Origin: an uncultured Actinomycetes bacterium
Lineage (GTDB): Bacteria; Actinomycetota; Thermoleophilia; Solirubrobacterales; 70-9
Length of the DNA: 64,000 bases
Direction of reading: 5' to 3'
NCBI GenBank assembly: GCA_963824485.1
Contig: CAWGPH010000006.1
Span: 5,491-69,490, forward strand
A program made the translations under genes and the position numbers. The notes beneath the pieces are model-generated. The model did not search any database and was not told the origin of the DNA. It was given only the letters and a program-made list of their open reading frames with translations. This document shows positions 1-10,085 of this stretch, one piece after another (position 1 is the first letter of the stretch; every line of letters starts with the position of its first letter).

Positions 1-1409
1 TCGGCACCCCGCCGGTCATCTATGGCGGCCTGCTGACGATCGGCATGGTCCGCTCCAAGCTCGACGAGCACAAGCTCGGAGAGAAAGCACCGCTGGAGGA
101 GCTGCCGGCGGGAGAGAAGGTGCGGCGTGGGCCGTTCGAGCTCGAGCTCGTCCACCTCGCCCACTCGATCCCCGATATGCGCGGTGTCCTGATCACCACC
201 GAGCTCGGCTCGATGCTGATGACCGGCGACTACAAGTTCGACCAGACCCCGGTCGACGGCCGCCCCGCCGACATCTCGCGGCTGGCCGAGATCGGCCGCG
301 AGGGCCTGTTGCTGCTCTGCGGCGACTCGACCAACGCCGACCGGCCGGGTGTCGCGCCCTCCGAGTCGAGCGTCGGCCCGGCCCTGCTGCAGCAGTTCGC
401 GCGCTGCGAGGGGCGGATCATCGTCACCTCGTTCGCCTCCAACATCCACCGCGTGCAGCAGGTGGTCGACGCCGCCGCCCAACTCGACCGCAAGGTCGCG
501 CTGGTTGGTCGTTCGATGCGCAAGAACTACAACATCGCCTCCAACTTGGGGATCGCCAAAGCGCCGCAGGGGGTATTCATCCAGCCGCGCGAGATCGAGA
601 ACTTCCCCGACGAGAAAGTCGTCGTGATCTCGACCGGCAGCCAGGGCGAGCCGCTCTCGGCGCTGCGTCGCATGGCGAACAACGACCACCGCGACGTGAC
701 CCTCCACAAAGGCGACACGGTCGTCTTCTCGGCCAGCCCCGTGCCCGGCAACGAGCGCGCGGTCAACGAGACGATCGACCGGATCTACGAGATCGGCGCC
801 ACCGTGGTCACCGCCCAGGACGCGCCGATCCACGCCTCCGGCCACGGTTACCGCGAGGAGCTGAAACTGATGCTCAACCTGACCAAACCGCGGTACGTGA
901 TGCCGGTCCACGGCGACTACAAGCGGATCCGCCTGCACTCCGACCTGGCCGAGTCGGTCGGGATCGACCGCAAGGACATCTTCCAGGGTCGTAACGGGGT
1001 GCCACTCGAGATCGATGCCAAGGGCGCCCGCTTCGGCGAGGACCTGCACGTCGGCACGATGTTCGTCGACGGCGTCAACATCGGCGATCCCGACGACGCC
1101 GCCCTGCGCGACCGCCGCGACATCTCCGCCGACGGCATCTTCATCGTCGTCGTCACCGTTTCTTCGGACGACGGCGCGATCGTCGCCGATCCGGAGGTAC
1201 TCTTCCGTGGCGTCGCCTTCCTCGACGAAGCCGACAAGCTGGTCGAGGAGCTGAAGGACATGGTCGAAGACTCGCTCGAAGACGCCGCCGAGGCGGGCAC
1301 CCGCGAGTCCGACCTGATCCAGGAGGACCTGCACGAAACGATCGGCAAGTTCGTCTGGCAGCGTCTACGCCGCCGCCCGATGATCCTGCCCGTCGTGATT
1401 CAGGTCTAG
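1..1409 (+). CDS. rnj: Ribonuclease J (metallo-beta-lactamase/beta-CASP), N-terminus upstream of window
   Basis: The frame is open to the window edge (GTPPVIYGGLLTIGMVRSKL). It carries beta-CASP-type motifs IHASGHG and VMPVHGDYKR and a typical RNase J C-terminal domain. Confidence 0.85.
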   Translation, partial: GTPPVIYGGLLTIGMVRSKLDEHKLGEKAPLEELPAGEKVRRGPFELELVHLAHSIPDMRGVLITTELGSMLMTGDYKFDQTPVDGRPADISRLAEIGREGLLLLCGDSTNADRPGVAPSESSVGPALLQQFARCEGRIIVTSFASNIHRVQQVVDAAAQLDRKVALVGRSMRKNYNIASNLGIAKAPQGVFIQPREIENFPDEKVVVISTGSQGEPLSALRRMANNDHRDVTLHKGDTVVFSASPVPGNERAVNETIDRIYEIGATVVTAQDAPIHASGHGYREELKLMLNLTKPRYVMPVHGDYKRIRLHSDLAESVGIDRKDIFQGRNGVPLEIDAKGARFGEDLHVGTMFVDGVNIGDPDDAALRDRRDISADGIFIVVVTVSSDDGAIVADPEVLFRGVAFLDEADKLVEELKDMVEDSLEDAAEAGTRESDLIQEDLHETIGKFVWQRLRRRPMILPVVIQV

Positions 1410-1540
1410 CCACGGCCCTTTGGGGCGAGGCGGGCCAGCCTCGCAAGGACGCAGGGAAATGAGCCGAGGGGAGCGCACTAACAAGTGCGTGACCCGAGGC
1501 GAATGACCGAGGACACCGCGAGGCGCCCCCGCATCGCCCC

Positions 1541-1588
1541 AAAGAAAAAGCCCGCCGGGACAGTGTCTGGGGAGAATCCCGGCGGGCT
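1541..1588 (-). terminator. Rho-independent terminator downstream of the histidine kinase gene
   Basis: 12-bp GC-rich stem (AGCCCGCCGGGA / TCCCGGCGGGCT). On the minus strand it is followed by TTTTTCTTT, 47 nt after the kinase stop. Confidence 0.6.
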
Positions 1589-1634
1589 AGTGTCTCGTCC
1601 ACGGGCAAATTTAGGACTGGGTTCTAAAGCGCCC

Positions 1635-3101
1635 CTAAAAGATCGAACTTGAATGTTTCTCCGCCGTGCGGTCGGCCTGGACGATCGGGATTCGGGCCCG
1701 GAAGAGGGCTCCGCCGGAGGCCGATTCGGTCGCCTCGACGCTGCCGTTGTGGGAGTTGGCGACGGCGCTGACGATCGCCAGGCCGAGGCCGGTGCCGGTC
1801 CCGCGGGCGGTGTCGGCGGGACCTTGGCCGCGGACGAAGCGATCGAAGATCTGGGTGCGCATCGCGGCCGGGATGCCGGGCCCGTCGTCGGCGACTTCGA
1901 TCACCGCGAAGGCGCCCTCCTGGGAGAGCCTCAGTTCGATCGTCGCCCCCTCGGGGGTGTGGCGGGTCGCGTTGTCGAGCAAGTTGAGGACCATGCGGTG
2001 GAGCTCGTCGGGGCTTCCTTCGACCCGCAGCGGCCGGTCGTTGTCGATCACGAAGTGGCGCTCGCCCATCAGCGGCGCCGCCTCGGCGGCCGCGTCGCCG
2101 GCGATTTCGGCGAGATCACAGCGGCGGTGGGCGGCGAGCCGGCCGGCGTCGGCGCGGGCCAGCAGCAAGAGGTCCGAGACCAAGCGGCTCATCCGCCGCG
2201 ATGAGCGCAGCGCCGAGTCGACGACCTCGCGATCTTCGGCCTGGTCGGCGCCGCCCAGCGAGGCCTGCAGCAGCTCCAGGTTGGCGAGCACGCTGGTCAA
2301 CGGCGTGCGCAGCTCGTGCGAGGCGTCGGCGACGAACTCGCGCTGCTGCTGCAGCGCCTGCTCGCGCTCGGAGCGGGCGGCGTCGAGCGAACGCAGCATC
2401 TGCTCGAGCGTATGGGCGAGTTCGCCGACCTCGTCTTCGACCGGCGGAGCGGGCATATGCCGGGAGGTATCGCGGGTCTCGGAGATCTCCTTGGCACTCG
2501 CGGTCAGCGCCGCGATCGGCCGCATCGCGCGACTGGAAATCGCCACCCCGGCGAGGCTGGCGAGCAGGGTGCCACCGAGGATCCCGGCGAAGATCAGCAG
2601 CCAGATGCGGGTGATCGTGTCGTCGACGTGCTCGGTGCTGCGGCCGTACTGAACGTAGCCGGTGATGATGCCGGTGCTGTCGCGGATGACCGCGGTTTCC
2701 ACCCGCAGCCCGTTTTCTTCGGTGACGCCCGGATGCGGTTCACCGAGGCGCGCGACGTGTTTGCTGTGCCCGATCTCTTCGCCTGCTCGGTCGAAGACGC
2801 GCAGCGAGGCGTCTTCGGTGAGGACGCTGAGCTGGTGCGGCACCGGCTGGGGCCGGCCGACCAGCGGGATTTCGATGTGGAGTTCCCGCTGCAGCGATTC
2901 CACCGCGTCGTGGACCTCGCCGTTGAAGTCGTCGCGGATGCGGGAAGTGGCGATCTGGCCGATCGTGCCGCCGAAAACGAGCAGGATCGCCAGGGTCAGA
3001 CCGGAGGAGACCGCCGCCAGGCGCCAGCGGACCGGCCAGGCCCGAGGATGCACCACCCGCCGCAGCCAGGCCACGGTGTTGCTGCGGGCGGCGGCGACCA
3101 T
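1635..3101 (-). CDS. Two-component sensor histidine kinase (MprB/HAMP-type)
   Basis: H-box ADASHELRTPLTSV, N box LLDNATRHTP, G boxes DDGPGI and GTGLGLAI, plus N-terminal TM helices. The ATG at 3101 overlaps the regulator stop (TGATG). The upstream part of the 729-aa track ORF is Arg/Pro-rich read-through. Confidence 0.85.
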   Translation of the reverse strand: MVAAARSNTVAWLRRVVHPRAWPVRWRLAAVSSGLTLAILLVFGGTIGQIATSRIRDDFNGEVHDAVESLQRELHIEIPLVGRPQPVPHQLSVLTEDASLRVFDRAGEEIGHSKHVARLGEPHPGVTEENGLRVETAVIRDSTGIITGYVQYGRSTEHVDDTITRIWLLIFAGILGGTLLASLAGVAISSRAMRPIAALTASAKEISETRDTSRHMPAPPVEDEVGELAHTLEQMLRSLDAARSEREQALQQQREFVADASHELRTPLTSVLANLELLQASLGGADQAEDREVVDSALRSSRRMSRLVSDLLLLARADAGRLAAHRRCDLAEIAGDAAAEAAPLMGERHFVIDNDRPLRVEGSPDELHRMVLNLLDNATRHTPEGATIELRLSQEGAFAVIEVADDGPGIPAAMRTQIFDRFVRGQGPADTARGTGTGLGLAIVSAVANSHNGSVEATESASGGALFRARIPIVQADRTAEKHSSSIF

Positions 3102-3799
3102 CAGTCTTTGAGGACGTACCCCGCGCCGCGTTTGGTGTGGAGGAGACGCGGCTCGCCGCCCGCCTCGAGCTTGCGTCGCAGGTTGGAGATGAAGACGTCG
3201 ATCGTGTTCGTCGCCGCCATCGGGTCGTAGCCCCAGACTTCGTCGAGCAGGCGCTCGCGCGAGACGACGAGGCGCTCGTTGCGCATCAGGAACTCGAGCA
3301 GCTCGAACTCGCGGTTGGTCAGCTCGATTTCGCGCTCGCCGCGGTGGACCTCGCGGGTGTCGGGGTTCAGCTGCAGGTCGCCGACCTCGAGCGAGGCGGC
3401 GCCGCGCGGCGGCCGACGGCGCAGCAGGGCGCGGATCCGTGCCAGCAGCTCTTTGCGCTCGAACGGCTTGACCAGGTAGTCGTCGGCACCGCTGTCGAGG
3501 CCGGTGACCCGGTCCTCGGTCTCGGCGCGGGCGGTCAGCATCAGGATCGGCACGTCGCCCTCCATGCGGAGTCGGCGGCAGACCTCGATCCCGTCGAGCC
3601 CGGGCAGGCCGAGGTCGAGCACGACCAGGTCGGGGACGAACCCGACCGCCATGTCGAGCGCCTCGACCCCGTCGGCCGAAGTCCTCACCTCGTAGCCCTC
3701 GTTGCGGAGGGAGCGGCGCAGGACGTCGGCGATATCGGTGTCGTCCTCGACGACGAGGACACGACCGCCTTGCTGGACCTCGGGATCGGGGCTGAGCAT
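3101..3799 (-). CDS. OmpR-family response regulator
   Basis: Receiver domain (VLVVEDD, DLVVLDLGLPGLDG, MLTA) followed by a winged-helix C-terminus (LTNREFELLEFL, RGAGYVLKD). Confidence 0.9.
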   Translation of the reverse strand: MLSPDPEVQQGGRVLVVEDDTDIADVLRRSLRNEGYEVRTSADGVEALDMAVGFVPDLVVLDLGLPGLDGIEVCRRLRMEGDVPILMLTARAETEDRVTGLDSGADDYLVKPFERKELLARIRALLRRRPPRGAASLEVGDLQLNPDTREVHRGEREIELTNREFELLEFLMRNERLVVSRERLLDEVWGYDPMAATNTIDVFISNLRRKLEAGGEPRLLHTKRGAGYVLKD

Positions 3800-3842
3800 G
3801 CAGCGATGTTAAACGGCCTTTCACGCGCTATGCGGTGGTTTT

Positions 3843-6152
3843 ATGCCGAATTTAGTGCGGGTTCGCGGTACTGGCGTCCGCCGCGACAGGGGATGGGGGA
3901 CCGACGTCGAAACGGGACGCGTGTTCGTTCGACAGAAGCGCTCCCCTGCCCGTAAACCCAAAGGCAAAGCCAAACGAGGCAAAGCCGCCAAATCCCGCGG
4001 TGGATTCCGCCTGGTCGAGGGCATCGAGCAGCGGCATCTCGACCTGATCGGCCTGTTCCTCGTCGCGGTCGGGATCTACCTGTTGTTCGTGCTCTTCTTC
4101 GGGTGGGAAGGGGGCAAGGTCGGCTATGGGATCGAAACCGGCCTGATCTACCTGTTCGGGGGCGTCGGCGCGCGGATCTTCACGCTCCTGATGCTGGTCG
4201 CGGGCGGGATGCTTTTGACCGGCACTTCGGTCTCGGCGCTCGCCCGGGGGATCGGCCACGGCCTCCGCGTCGTCTTCTTCGGCGGTGTCCGCGGCGGCGA
4301 GGCGACGGCGCGCACCGTCGCCAAGGGCCAGGACCAGTGGCGCCAGCGCCGCGGCGACCGGACCGCCGAGACCAGGGCGGCGGCAACGGATGTGATGAGC
4401 GACTACCCGGAGGACGACGAGGACTTCGAGCCGACGGTGGCGCTGGCCGATGACGACGAGGACATCTTCGCGCCGGGATTGTTCGACGTCGAAACCCAGG
4501 CCGATTTTGCCGACGACGGCCCGGCCAAAGACGAGCCGGAGCCGGAGCTTCCCGAGCCCGAGCCGGTGCGGCAGGTTCTGCCCGAACCCGTGACCGAAGA
4601 GATCTCCAAACCGACCCCCATGGGCAACCTGCGCGGCGTCACCACCTCGGAGGAGATCGACTACAAGGTGCCGTCGCCGCGCGTGCTGGAGCGCGGCAAA
4701 GGCGACAAAGGCCCGGATCCGCGCGACCAGCAGATCACCGGCCGCAAGCTGATCGAGGCGCTCGGCCACTTCGGGGTCGAGGCGAAGATCGTCGGCGTGG
4801 TCAGCGGTCCGCACGTCTCCTTGTACGAACTGCGCCTCGCGCCCGGCATCAAAGTCAAGAAAGTCACCGAGCTGGCGAACGACCTCGCCTACGCGCTGGC
4901 CTCCACCGACATCCGCATCCTCGCCCCGATCCCCGGCAAACAGGCGGTCGGGGTCGAGATCCCGAACGCCAAACGCCGCATGGTCCGCCTCGGCGACATC
5001 TACGCGGGCCGTCCGGCCAAGACCTCGCCGCTGGTCGCCTGGCTCGGCAAGGGGATCGACGGCAACGCGGTCTGGACCGACCTGGCGAAGATGCCGCACG
5101 TGCTCGTCGCCGGCACCACCGGCTCGGGCAAGAGCGCCTGCGTCAACGCGATCCTCTCCTCGATCCTGATGGCCTCCTCGCCGAACGAGGTGCGCCTGGT
5201 GCTGGTCGACCCGAAGCAGGTCGAGCTCAACCACTACGAGCACGTCCCGCACCTGCTGACCCCGGTGGTGACCTCGCCGCGCCTCGCCGCCAACGTCCTC
5301 TCCAACCTGATCACCGAGATGGAGACGCGCTACGGCGTCATGTCCCAGGCCCGCGCCCGCAACCTCGAGGAGCTGAACCGACTCCGCCGCAAGGCCGGCG
5401 AGGCGCCGCTGCCGCACATCCTCTGCGTGATCGACGAGCTCGCGGACCTGATGATGGTCGCCCCGGCCGAAGTCGAGGACTCGATCATCAGGCTCGCCCA
5501 GAAGTCGCGCGCCACCGGCATCCATCTGGTGCTGGCGACGCAGCGCCCGTCGACCGACATCATCACCGGCACGATCAAGGTCAACATCCCGAGCCGGATC
5601 GCCTTCGCGGTGTCCTCGCAGACCGACTCGCGGGTGATTCTCGACCAGGGCGGCGCCGAGTCGCTGCTGGGACAGGGCGACATGCTCTTCCGCGGTGCCG
5701 GCTCCTCGAAGCTGCAGCGGGTCCAGGGCGCCTTCATCACCGAGGGAGAGATCGCCAAGATCACCGGCCACTGGGCCAAGCAGGGCGAACCGGACTTCGA
5801 GGAGGAGCTGCTGGAGGCGCCCGAGGAGGCCGCCGACGAGGGGCGCGGGGAGGACGACTTCGATCCCGACTCCGACGACCTGCTGGACGAGGCGATCCGC
5901 CTGGTCGTGCAGACCGAAACCGCCTCGGTATCGATGATCCAGCGCCGTCTGCGGGTCGGCTACACGCGGGCCGGGCGCCTGATCGACATGCTCGAGCGAC
6001 GCGGCGTGATCTCCGGCTACGAGGGCTCGAAACCGCGCCAGGTGCTGATCACGCAGGCCGATCTGGCCCGGGTGGTCGACGGACCGGGATCGGGCGGTGG
6101 CGGTGGGGCGCCTTCCCCGGTCGGGGTCGACGCCGACAGCGACGTTTCCTGA
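3843..6152 (+). CDS. ftsK: DNA translocase FtsK/SpoIIIE
   Basis: N-terminal TM segments, an acidic linker, Walker A GTTGSGKS, Walker [12 protein letters not shown] and a gamma domain ([24 protein letters not shown]). The exact start is uncertain. Confidence 0.9.
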   Translation: MPNLVRVRGTGVRRDRGWGTDVETGRVFVRQKRSPARKPKGKAKRGKAAKSRGGFRLVEGIEQRHLDLIGLFLVAVGIYLLFVLFFGWEGGKVGYGIETGLIYLFGGVGARIFTLLMLVAGGMLLTGTSVSALARGIGHGLRVVFFGGVRGGEATARTVAKGQDQWRQRRGDRTAETRAAATDVMSDYPEDDEDFEPTVALADDDEDIFAPGLFDVETQADFADDGPAKDEPEPELPEPEPVRQVLPEPVTEEISKPTPMGNLRGVTTSEEIDYKVPSPRVLERGKGDKGPDPRDQQITGRKLIEALGHFGVEAKIVGVVSGPHVSLYELRLAPGIKVKKVTELANDLAYALASTDIRILAPIPGKQAVGVEIPNAKRRMVRLGDIYAGRPAKTSPLVAWLGKGIDGNAVWTDLAKMPHVLVAGTTGSGKSACVNAILSSILMASSPNEVRLVLVDPKQVELNHYEHVPHLLTPVVTSPRLAANVLSNLITEMETRYGVMSQARARNLEELNRLRRKAGEAPLPHILCVIDELADLMMVAPAEVEDSIIRLAQKSRATGIHLVLATQRPSTDIITGTIKVNIPSRIAFAVSSQTDSRVILDQGGAESLLGQGDMLFRGAGSSKLQRVQGAFITEGEIAKITGHWAKQGEPDFEEELLEAPEEAADEGRGEDDFDPDSDDLLDEAIRLVVQTETASVSMIQRRLRVGYTRAGRLIDMLERRGVISGYEGSKPRQVLITQADLARVVDGPGSGGGGGAPSPVGVDADSDVS

Positions 6153-6183
6153 CCACCTCGGTCCGGTAGTTTCGGTCCCGCCG

Positions 6184-7509
6184 ATGGAGGGATCGAGAGT
6201 CGTCCGCGCGGGGATCGTGGTCACCGGGACCGAGGTGATCACCGGCCGCATCTCCGACGCCAACGGTCCTTGGGTCAGCGAACGGCTGGCCGAGCTGGGG
6301 GTCGAGGTCGCCCACATCATCGTCGTCGCCGACCGCCCCGACGACCTCGAGGACGCTCTCCGTTTCCTCGCCGCCGAGAGCATGGACCTGATCGTCACCA
6401 GCGGCGGCCTCGGGCCGACCGCGGACGACCTGACGGCCGAGATCGTCGGCCGCTTCGCCGGCCGGCCGATGGTCTTGGACGAGGAGATGGAGGAGAAGAT
6501 CGCGGCGATCCTGCGGCGGTTCGCGGCGCGACGCAACTTCAAGATCGACGAAGCGGCGGTGATGGACGCCAACCGCAAGCAGGCGATGGTGCCGGAAGGG
6601 GCGGAGGCGCTCGACCCGGTCGGGACCGCGCCGGGGCTGGTCGTGCCGGCCGGGGAGAGCGTCGTGATCGTCCTGCCCGGGCCGCCGCGCGAGCTGCGGC
6701 CGATGTGGCCGGTGGCGATGAAGACCGACGCGGTGCGGGCCGTGCTGGCCCGGGCGACGCCGCTGCACGGCCTGACGATGCGCATGTTCGGCGTCCCCGA
6801 GTCGGAAATCGCCAAGAGCCTGCGGGAGATCGAGGACGACGACGGGGTCGATGTCGGGGCGGTCGAGGTGACCACCTGCCTGCGGCGCGGCGAGATCGAG
6901 ATCGACGTGCGCTGGCGCGAGCAGACCGAGGCGGTGGCGATGGCGGTCCGCGACGGGCTGGCGCGGCGGCACTCGCGGGAAACGTTCAGCCTCGATGGCG
7001 AGACGATCGACGAACAGGTCGCGAAGCTGCTGAGCGGGCACCGGCTGGGGCTGGCCGAGTCATGCAGCGGCGGGCTGCTCGCGGCGCGGATCACCAACGT
7101 GCCGGGCGCCTCGGACTACCTGGCGGGGAGCGTCGTCGCCTACTCCTACGGGGCCAAAGAAGAGCTGCTGGGGGTGCCGAAGGACCTGCTGGAGACCCAG
7201 GGCGCGGTGTCGCCCGAGGTGGCCGAGGCGATGGCGCAGGGGGCGTTGGAGCGCTTCGGCGCCGACGTCGCGGTCTCGATCACCGGGATCGCCGGGCCCG
7301 TGGGAGGGACCGAGGGGAAGCCGGTCGGCTACGTCTGCTTCAACGCGCGGCTCGCCGACGGGACCCAGGTCGCCCGCGATCCGGTCATCCCCGGCGACCG
7401 CCACGACATCCGCGAACGCTCGGCGCTGGTCGCGATGCACCTGCTGCGGAACCTGCTCGGCGGCGATGCGGCGGCGCCGATCGCGTCCGAGACGGATACG
7501 AGCGCCTAA
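6184..7509 (+). CDS. cinA: CinA family protein (MoCF-binding domain + nicotinamide-nucleotide amidase domain)
   Basis: N-domain [21 protein letters not shown] and [14 protein letters not shown]; C-domain [21 protein letters not shown]. The ATG at 6184 is preferred over the track start at 6097, which overlaps ftsK. Confidence 0.85.
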   Translation: MEGSRVVRAGIVVTGTEVITGRISDANGPWVSERLAELGVEVAHIIVVADRPDDLEDALRFLAAESMDLIVTSGGLGPTADDLTAEIVGRFAGRPMVLDEEMEEKIAAILRRFAARRNFKIDEAAVMDANRKQAMVPEGAEALDPVGTAPGLVVPAGESVVIVLPGPPRELRPMWPVAMKTDAVRAVLARATPLHGLTMRMFGVPESEIAKSLREIEDDDGVDVGAVEVTTCLRRGEIEIDVRWREQTEAVAMAVRDGLARRHSRETFSLDGETIDEQVAKLLSGHRLGLAESCSGGLLAARITNVPGASDYLAGSVVAYSYGAKEELLGVPKDLLETQGAVSPEVAEAMAQGALERFGADVAVSITGIAGPVGGTEGKPVGYVCFNARLADGTQVARDPVIPGDRHDIRERSALVAMHLLRNLLGGDAAAPIASETDTSA

Positions 7510-7570
7510 ATTCACGAAGAAGTTGCGAAGCGGCGTTGAGCCGCGCGGATTTCCGCCCTAGCTTGGCCGT

Positions 7571-8161
7571 ATGGCGAGTCAGGGCGAGCGAGAGGGGCGG
7601 CAGCGGGTCTTCGTGGCCCTGGACCTGCCCGAGGCGGTGAGGGAGGGGCTGGTGGCCTGGGGCGCGCGCGAGCTGGTCGATCCGGAGCTGCGCCCGGTGC
7701 GGCCCGAGTCGCTGCACGTCACGCTCGCCTTCCTCGGCCACCGCGAGGTGGAGGAGGTGGAGGCGATCGCCGCCGTGGTGCGGCGCGCCGGGGCGCCGGC
7801 GCCGTTGCTGAAGCTCGAGGATCCGATCCCGCTGCCGCGGGGGCGACGGCGGGCCGCGCTCTTCGCCCTGCCGGCGCCCTCTCCGGCCGCCTCCGACCTC
7901 CGCGAGGGGTTGGTAGGGCGATTGGTCGCGGCGGACCTCCACGAGCCCGAGGAGCGCGATTTCTGGCCCCATGTGACGGTCGCCAGGGTGCGCGCCGAGG
8001 GGCGCGGCTCACGTCGTCCCGCCGCGGTCGCGAGGCGGCCCGGAGACCTTCCCGACGGGCTCAAAGAGCCCTTTTTAGGCGTCCGGATGACGCTCTACCG
8101 TTCTGAACTCCAGCCGGGGGGCGCCCGATACGCCCCGCTGGCCCAAGTCGAGCTGTCCTGA
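7571..8161 (+). CDS. thpR: RNA 2',3'-cyclic phosphodiesterase (2H family, LigT/ThpR)
   Basis: Two H-x-T-x motifs (LHVTLAFLG and PHVTVARV), about 196 aa, in the cinA-thpR-recA gene order. Confidence 0.75.
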   Translation: MASQGEREGRQRVFVALDLPEAVREGLVAWGARELVDPELRPVRPESLHVTLAFLGHREVEEVEAIAAVVRRAGAPAPLLKLEDPIPLPRGRRRAALFALPAPSPAASDLREGLVGRLVAADLHEPEERDFWPHVTVARVRAEGRGSRRPAAVARRPGDLPDGLKEPFLGVRMTLYRSELQPGGARYAPLAQVELS

Positions 8162-8190
8162 AGCGGGCGGCAGTGAGGTGATGATCTGAG

Positions 8191-9282
8191 ATGGCGGACA
8201 ACAAAGTGAACTTGAAGGGCCTCACGGCGAAGGAGGCCAAAGCTAAGGACTCGGCCCTCGAGGCGGCCGTCACCCAGATCGAGCGCGACTTCGGCGAGGG
8301 CTCCCTGATGCGCCTCGGCGACAAAGGCACGGTCAAGGTCGCGGCGATCCCGACCGGGTCGTTGGCACTCGACCTGGCGCTGGGGATCGGCGGCGTGCCG
8401 CGTGGCCGGATCGTCGAGATCTTCGGCCCGGAGTCCTCGGGAAAGACGACGCTGGTCAACCACATCATCGCCGAGGCCCAGGCGCTCGGCGGCGTCTGCG
8501 CCTTCATCGACACCGAGCACTCGATCGACCCGGTCTACTCGCGGGCGATCGGCGTCGACACCGACGAGCTGTTGGTCTCGCAGCCCGACTACGGCGAGCA
8601 GGCCCTGCAGATCGCCGACCGCCTGATCGCCTCGGGCGCGGTCGACGTGGTCGCGATCGACTCGGTCGCGGCGCTGACCCCGAAAGCCGAGCTCGACGGG
8701 CAGATCGGCGACACCACGGTCGGCCTGCAGGCGCGGCTGATGTCGCAGGCGCTGCGGAAACTCGCCGGCAACCTCAACCGGACCAACACGGTCTGCCTCT
8801 TCACCAATCAGATCCGCGAAAAAGTCGGCGTCCAGTTCGGCTCGCCGGAGACCCAGCCGGGTGGCCGCGCGCTCAAGTTCTACTCGTCACAGCGCCTCGA
8901 CATCCGCCGCATCGAGACCCTCAAAGAAGGCACCGAGGCGGTCGGCAACCGGGTCCGCGTGAAAGTCGTCAAGAACAAGGTCGCGTCGCCGTTCCGCCAG
9001 GCCGAGTTCGACATCGAGTACGGAGTCGGCATCTCGCGCGAGGGCGGGCTCATCGACTTCGGCATCGAGCAGGATCTGGTCCAGAAATCCGGTTCGTTCT
9101 TCTCCTACGGCGAGATCCGCCTCGGACAGGGCCGCAACAACGCGAAACAGTTCCTGGCCGACAACCCGGAGCTCGCCATGGAGATCGAAGCCAAGGTCCG
9201 GACGGCGCTCGGAATCGGCGCTACGGAGCCTGATGCGGCCATCGAGCCGGCCGATCCGATCGCGGAGGCGCAGGCCGCCTAG
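8191..9282 (+). CDS. recA: Recombinase RecA
   Basis: Unmistakable RecA sequence: Walker [20 protein letters not shown], and the L1/L2 loop regions. Confidence 0.97.
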   Translation: MADNKVNLKGLTAKEAKAKDSALEAAVTQIERDFGEGSLMRLGDKGTVKVAAIPTGSLALDLALGIGGVPRGRIVEIFGPESSGKTTLVNHIIAEAQALGGVCAFIDTEHSIDPVYSRAIGVDTDELLVSQPDYGEQALQIADRLIASGAVDVVAIDSVAALTPKAELDGQIGDTTVGLQARLMSQALRKLAGNLNRTNTVCLFTNQIREKVGVQFGSPETQPGGRALKFYSSQRLDIRRIETLKEGTEAVGNRVRVKVVKNKVASPFRQAEFDIEYGVGISREGGLIDFGIEQDLVQKSGSFFSYGEIRLGQGRNNAKQFLADNPELAMEIEAKVRTALGIGATEPDAAIEPADPIAEAQAA

Positions 9283-9344
9283 CGCGGCCTCGCCTCGGTC
9301 TGCAAGCACCGGGTCCCACGCACCAATAGGATTCCGGCCGCCCG

Positions 9345-10046
9345 ATGCACGAAACGCTCTTCTTCATCTGCGGCGGCATCCTCGCCGCCTCGGCCATCGT
9401 CGTCAGCCTGTTCGGGCTGAAAAACGACAACTTCCCAGGCAAATGGATGCCGCTGATCATCGTCTGGTTCGCGGTCTTCGCGATCGGCGCCGGCACCTTC
9501 GCCGTCCTGCACGGCAAGGACGAGTCGAAGGACCACGACGCCGAGTACGCGAAGGCGAGCGAAGAGATCCAGAAACGGGAGACCACCGGCCCGTTCGAAG
9601 AAGCGGAAAAAGAAGCCGCCGAAGCGGAAGAAGCCGAAAACGGCGAATCGTCCGCGGGGGCGGAATCCGGAAAAGGCTCCGAATCCGGCGAAAGCTCCGA
9701 AGAAGAAGTCGAAAAAGCCCCTGAAGAAGGCGGCGCCAAGCAGGAAGGCGCGGCGGGCGAAGAGATGGAAGGCAAAGCCGGCGCGACCACGGCAGGTGGC
9801 GACCCCGAATCGGGCGCCGTCGTCTTCTCCGAAAACTGCTCGACCTGCCACGGCGCCACCGGTCACGGCGGCAACGGCGGTCCTGATCTGCGGACGATGC
9901 CGTTGGCCCAGTCCGAAGAAGGCGCGATCCAGCAGGTCACCAACGGCGGCGGTGGCATGCCGTCCTTCTCGGGCGTCCTGTCCGAAGAAGAAATCGAAAA
10001 CGTCGCCGCCTACGTCGCGCAGGACATCACCGAAGGCGAAAAGTAG
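9345..10046 (+). CDS. Membrane-anchored class I c-type cytochrome
   Basis: Two N-terminal TM helices, a Glu-rich linker, the haem motif CSTCH and a distal GGMPSF (Met ligand). Confidence 0.75.
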   Translation: MHETLFFICGGILAASAIVVSLFGLKNDNFPGKWMPLIIVWFAVFAIGAGTFAVLHGKDESKDHDAEYAKASEEIQKRETTGPFEEAEKEAAEAEEAENGESSAGAESGKGSESGESSEEEVEKAPEEGGAKQEGAAGEEMEGKAGATTAGGDPESGAVVFSENCSTCHGATGHGGNGGPDLRTMPLAQSEEGAIQQVTNGGGGMPSFSGVLSEEEIENVAAYVAQDITEGEK

Positions 10047-10085
10047 CTTCCGCGCCGAGCGCCCGGCCCTCGGTACCCTGAGCGC

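Noticed and set aside
1410-1545. Structured-looking 3' region after rnj as a candidate small RNA (SRP, 6S or 6C-like). It has an 11-bp long-range pair CTTTGGGGCGA/TCGCCCCAAAG, internal hairpins and repeated CCGAGG motifs.
   Set aside because: I could not match any conserved small-RNA signature, such as the SRP domain IV motif or 6C C-rich loops. The competing hairpins are ambiguous. It could simply be a 3' UTR or the spacer between convergent genes.
1635-3824. 729-aa ORF suggesting a fused kinase-regulator protein
   Set aside because: Its N-terminal 240 aa are an out-of-frame read of the response-regulator gene (Arg/Pro-rich). The kinase has its own ATG at 3101, overlapping the regulator stop.
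3852-7097. 1081-aa minus-strand ORF, the longest in the track
   Set aside because: It lies antisense to ftsK and cinA, both of which have unambiguous motifs. Its translation is Arg/Gly/Asp/Ala-rich with no recognisable domain. This is a typical stop-codon-poor antisense frame of high-GC DNA.
8100-8190. Search for a LexA box or a recX gene associated with recA
   Set aside because: No CGAAC-N4-GTTCG-like palindrome is visible upstream of recA. The gene downstream is a membrane cytochrome c, not recX. Absence within this window does not show absence from the genome.
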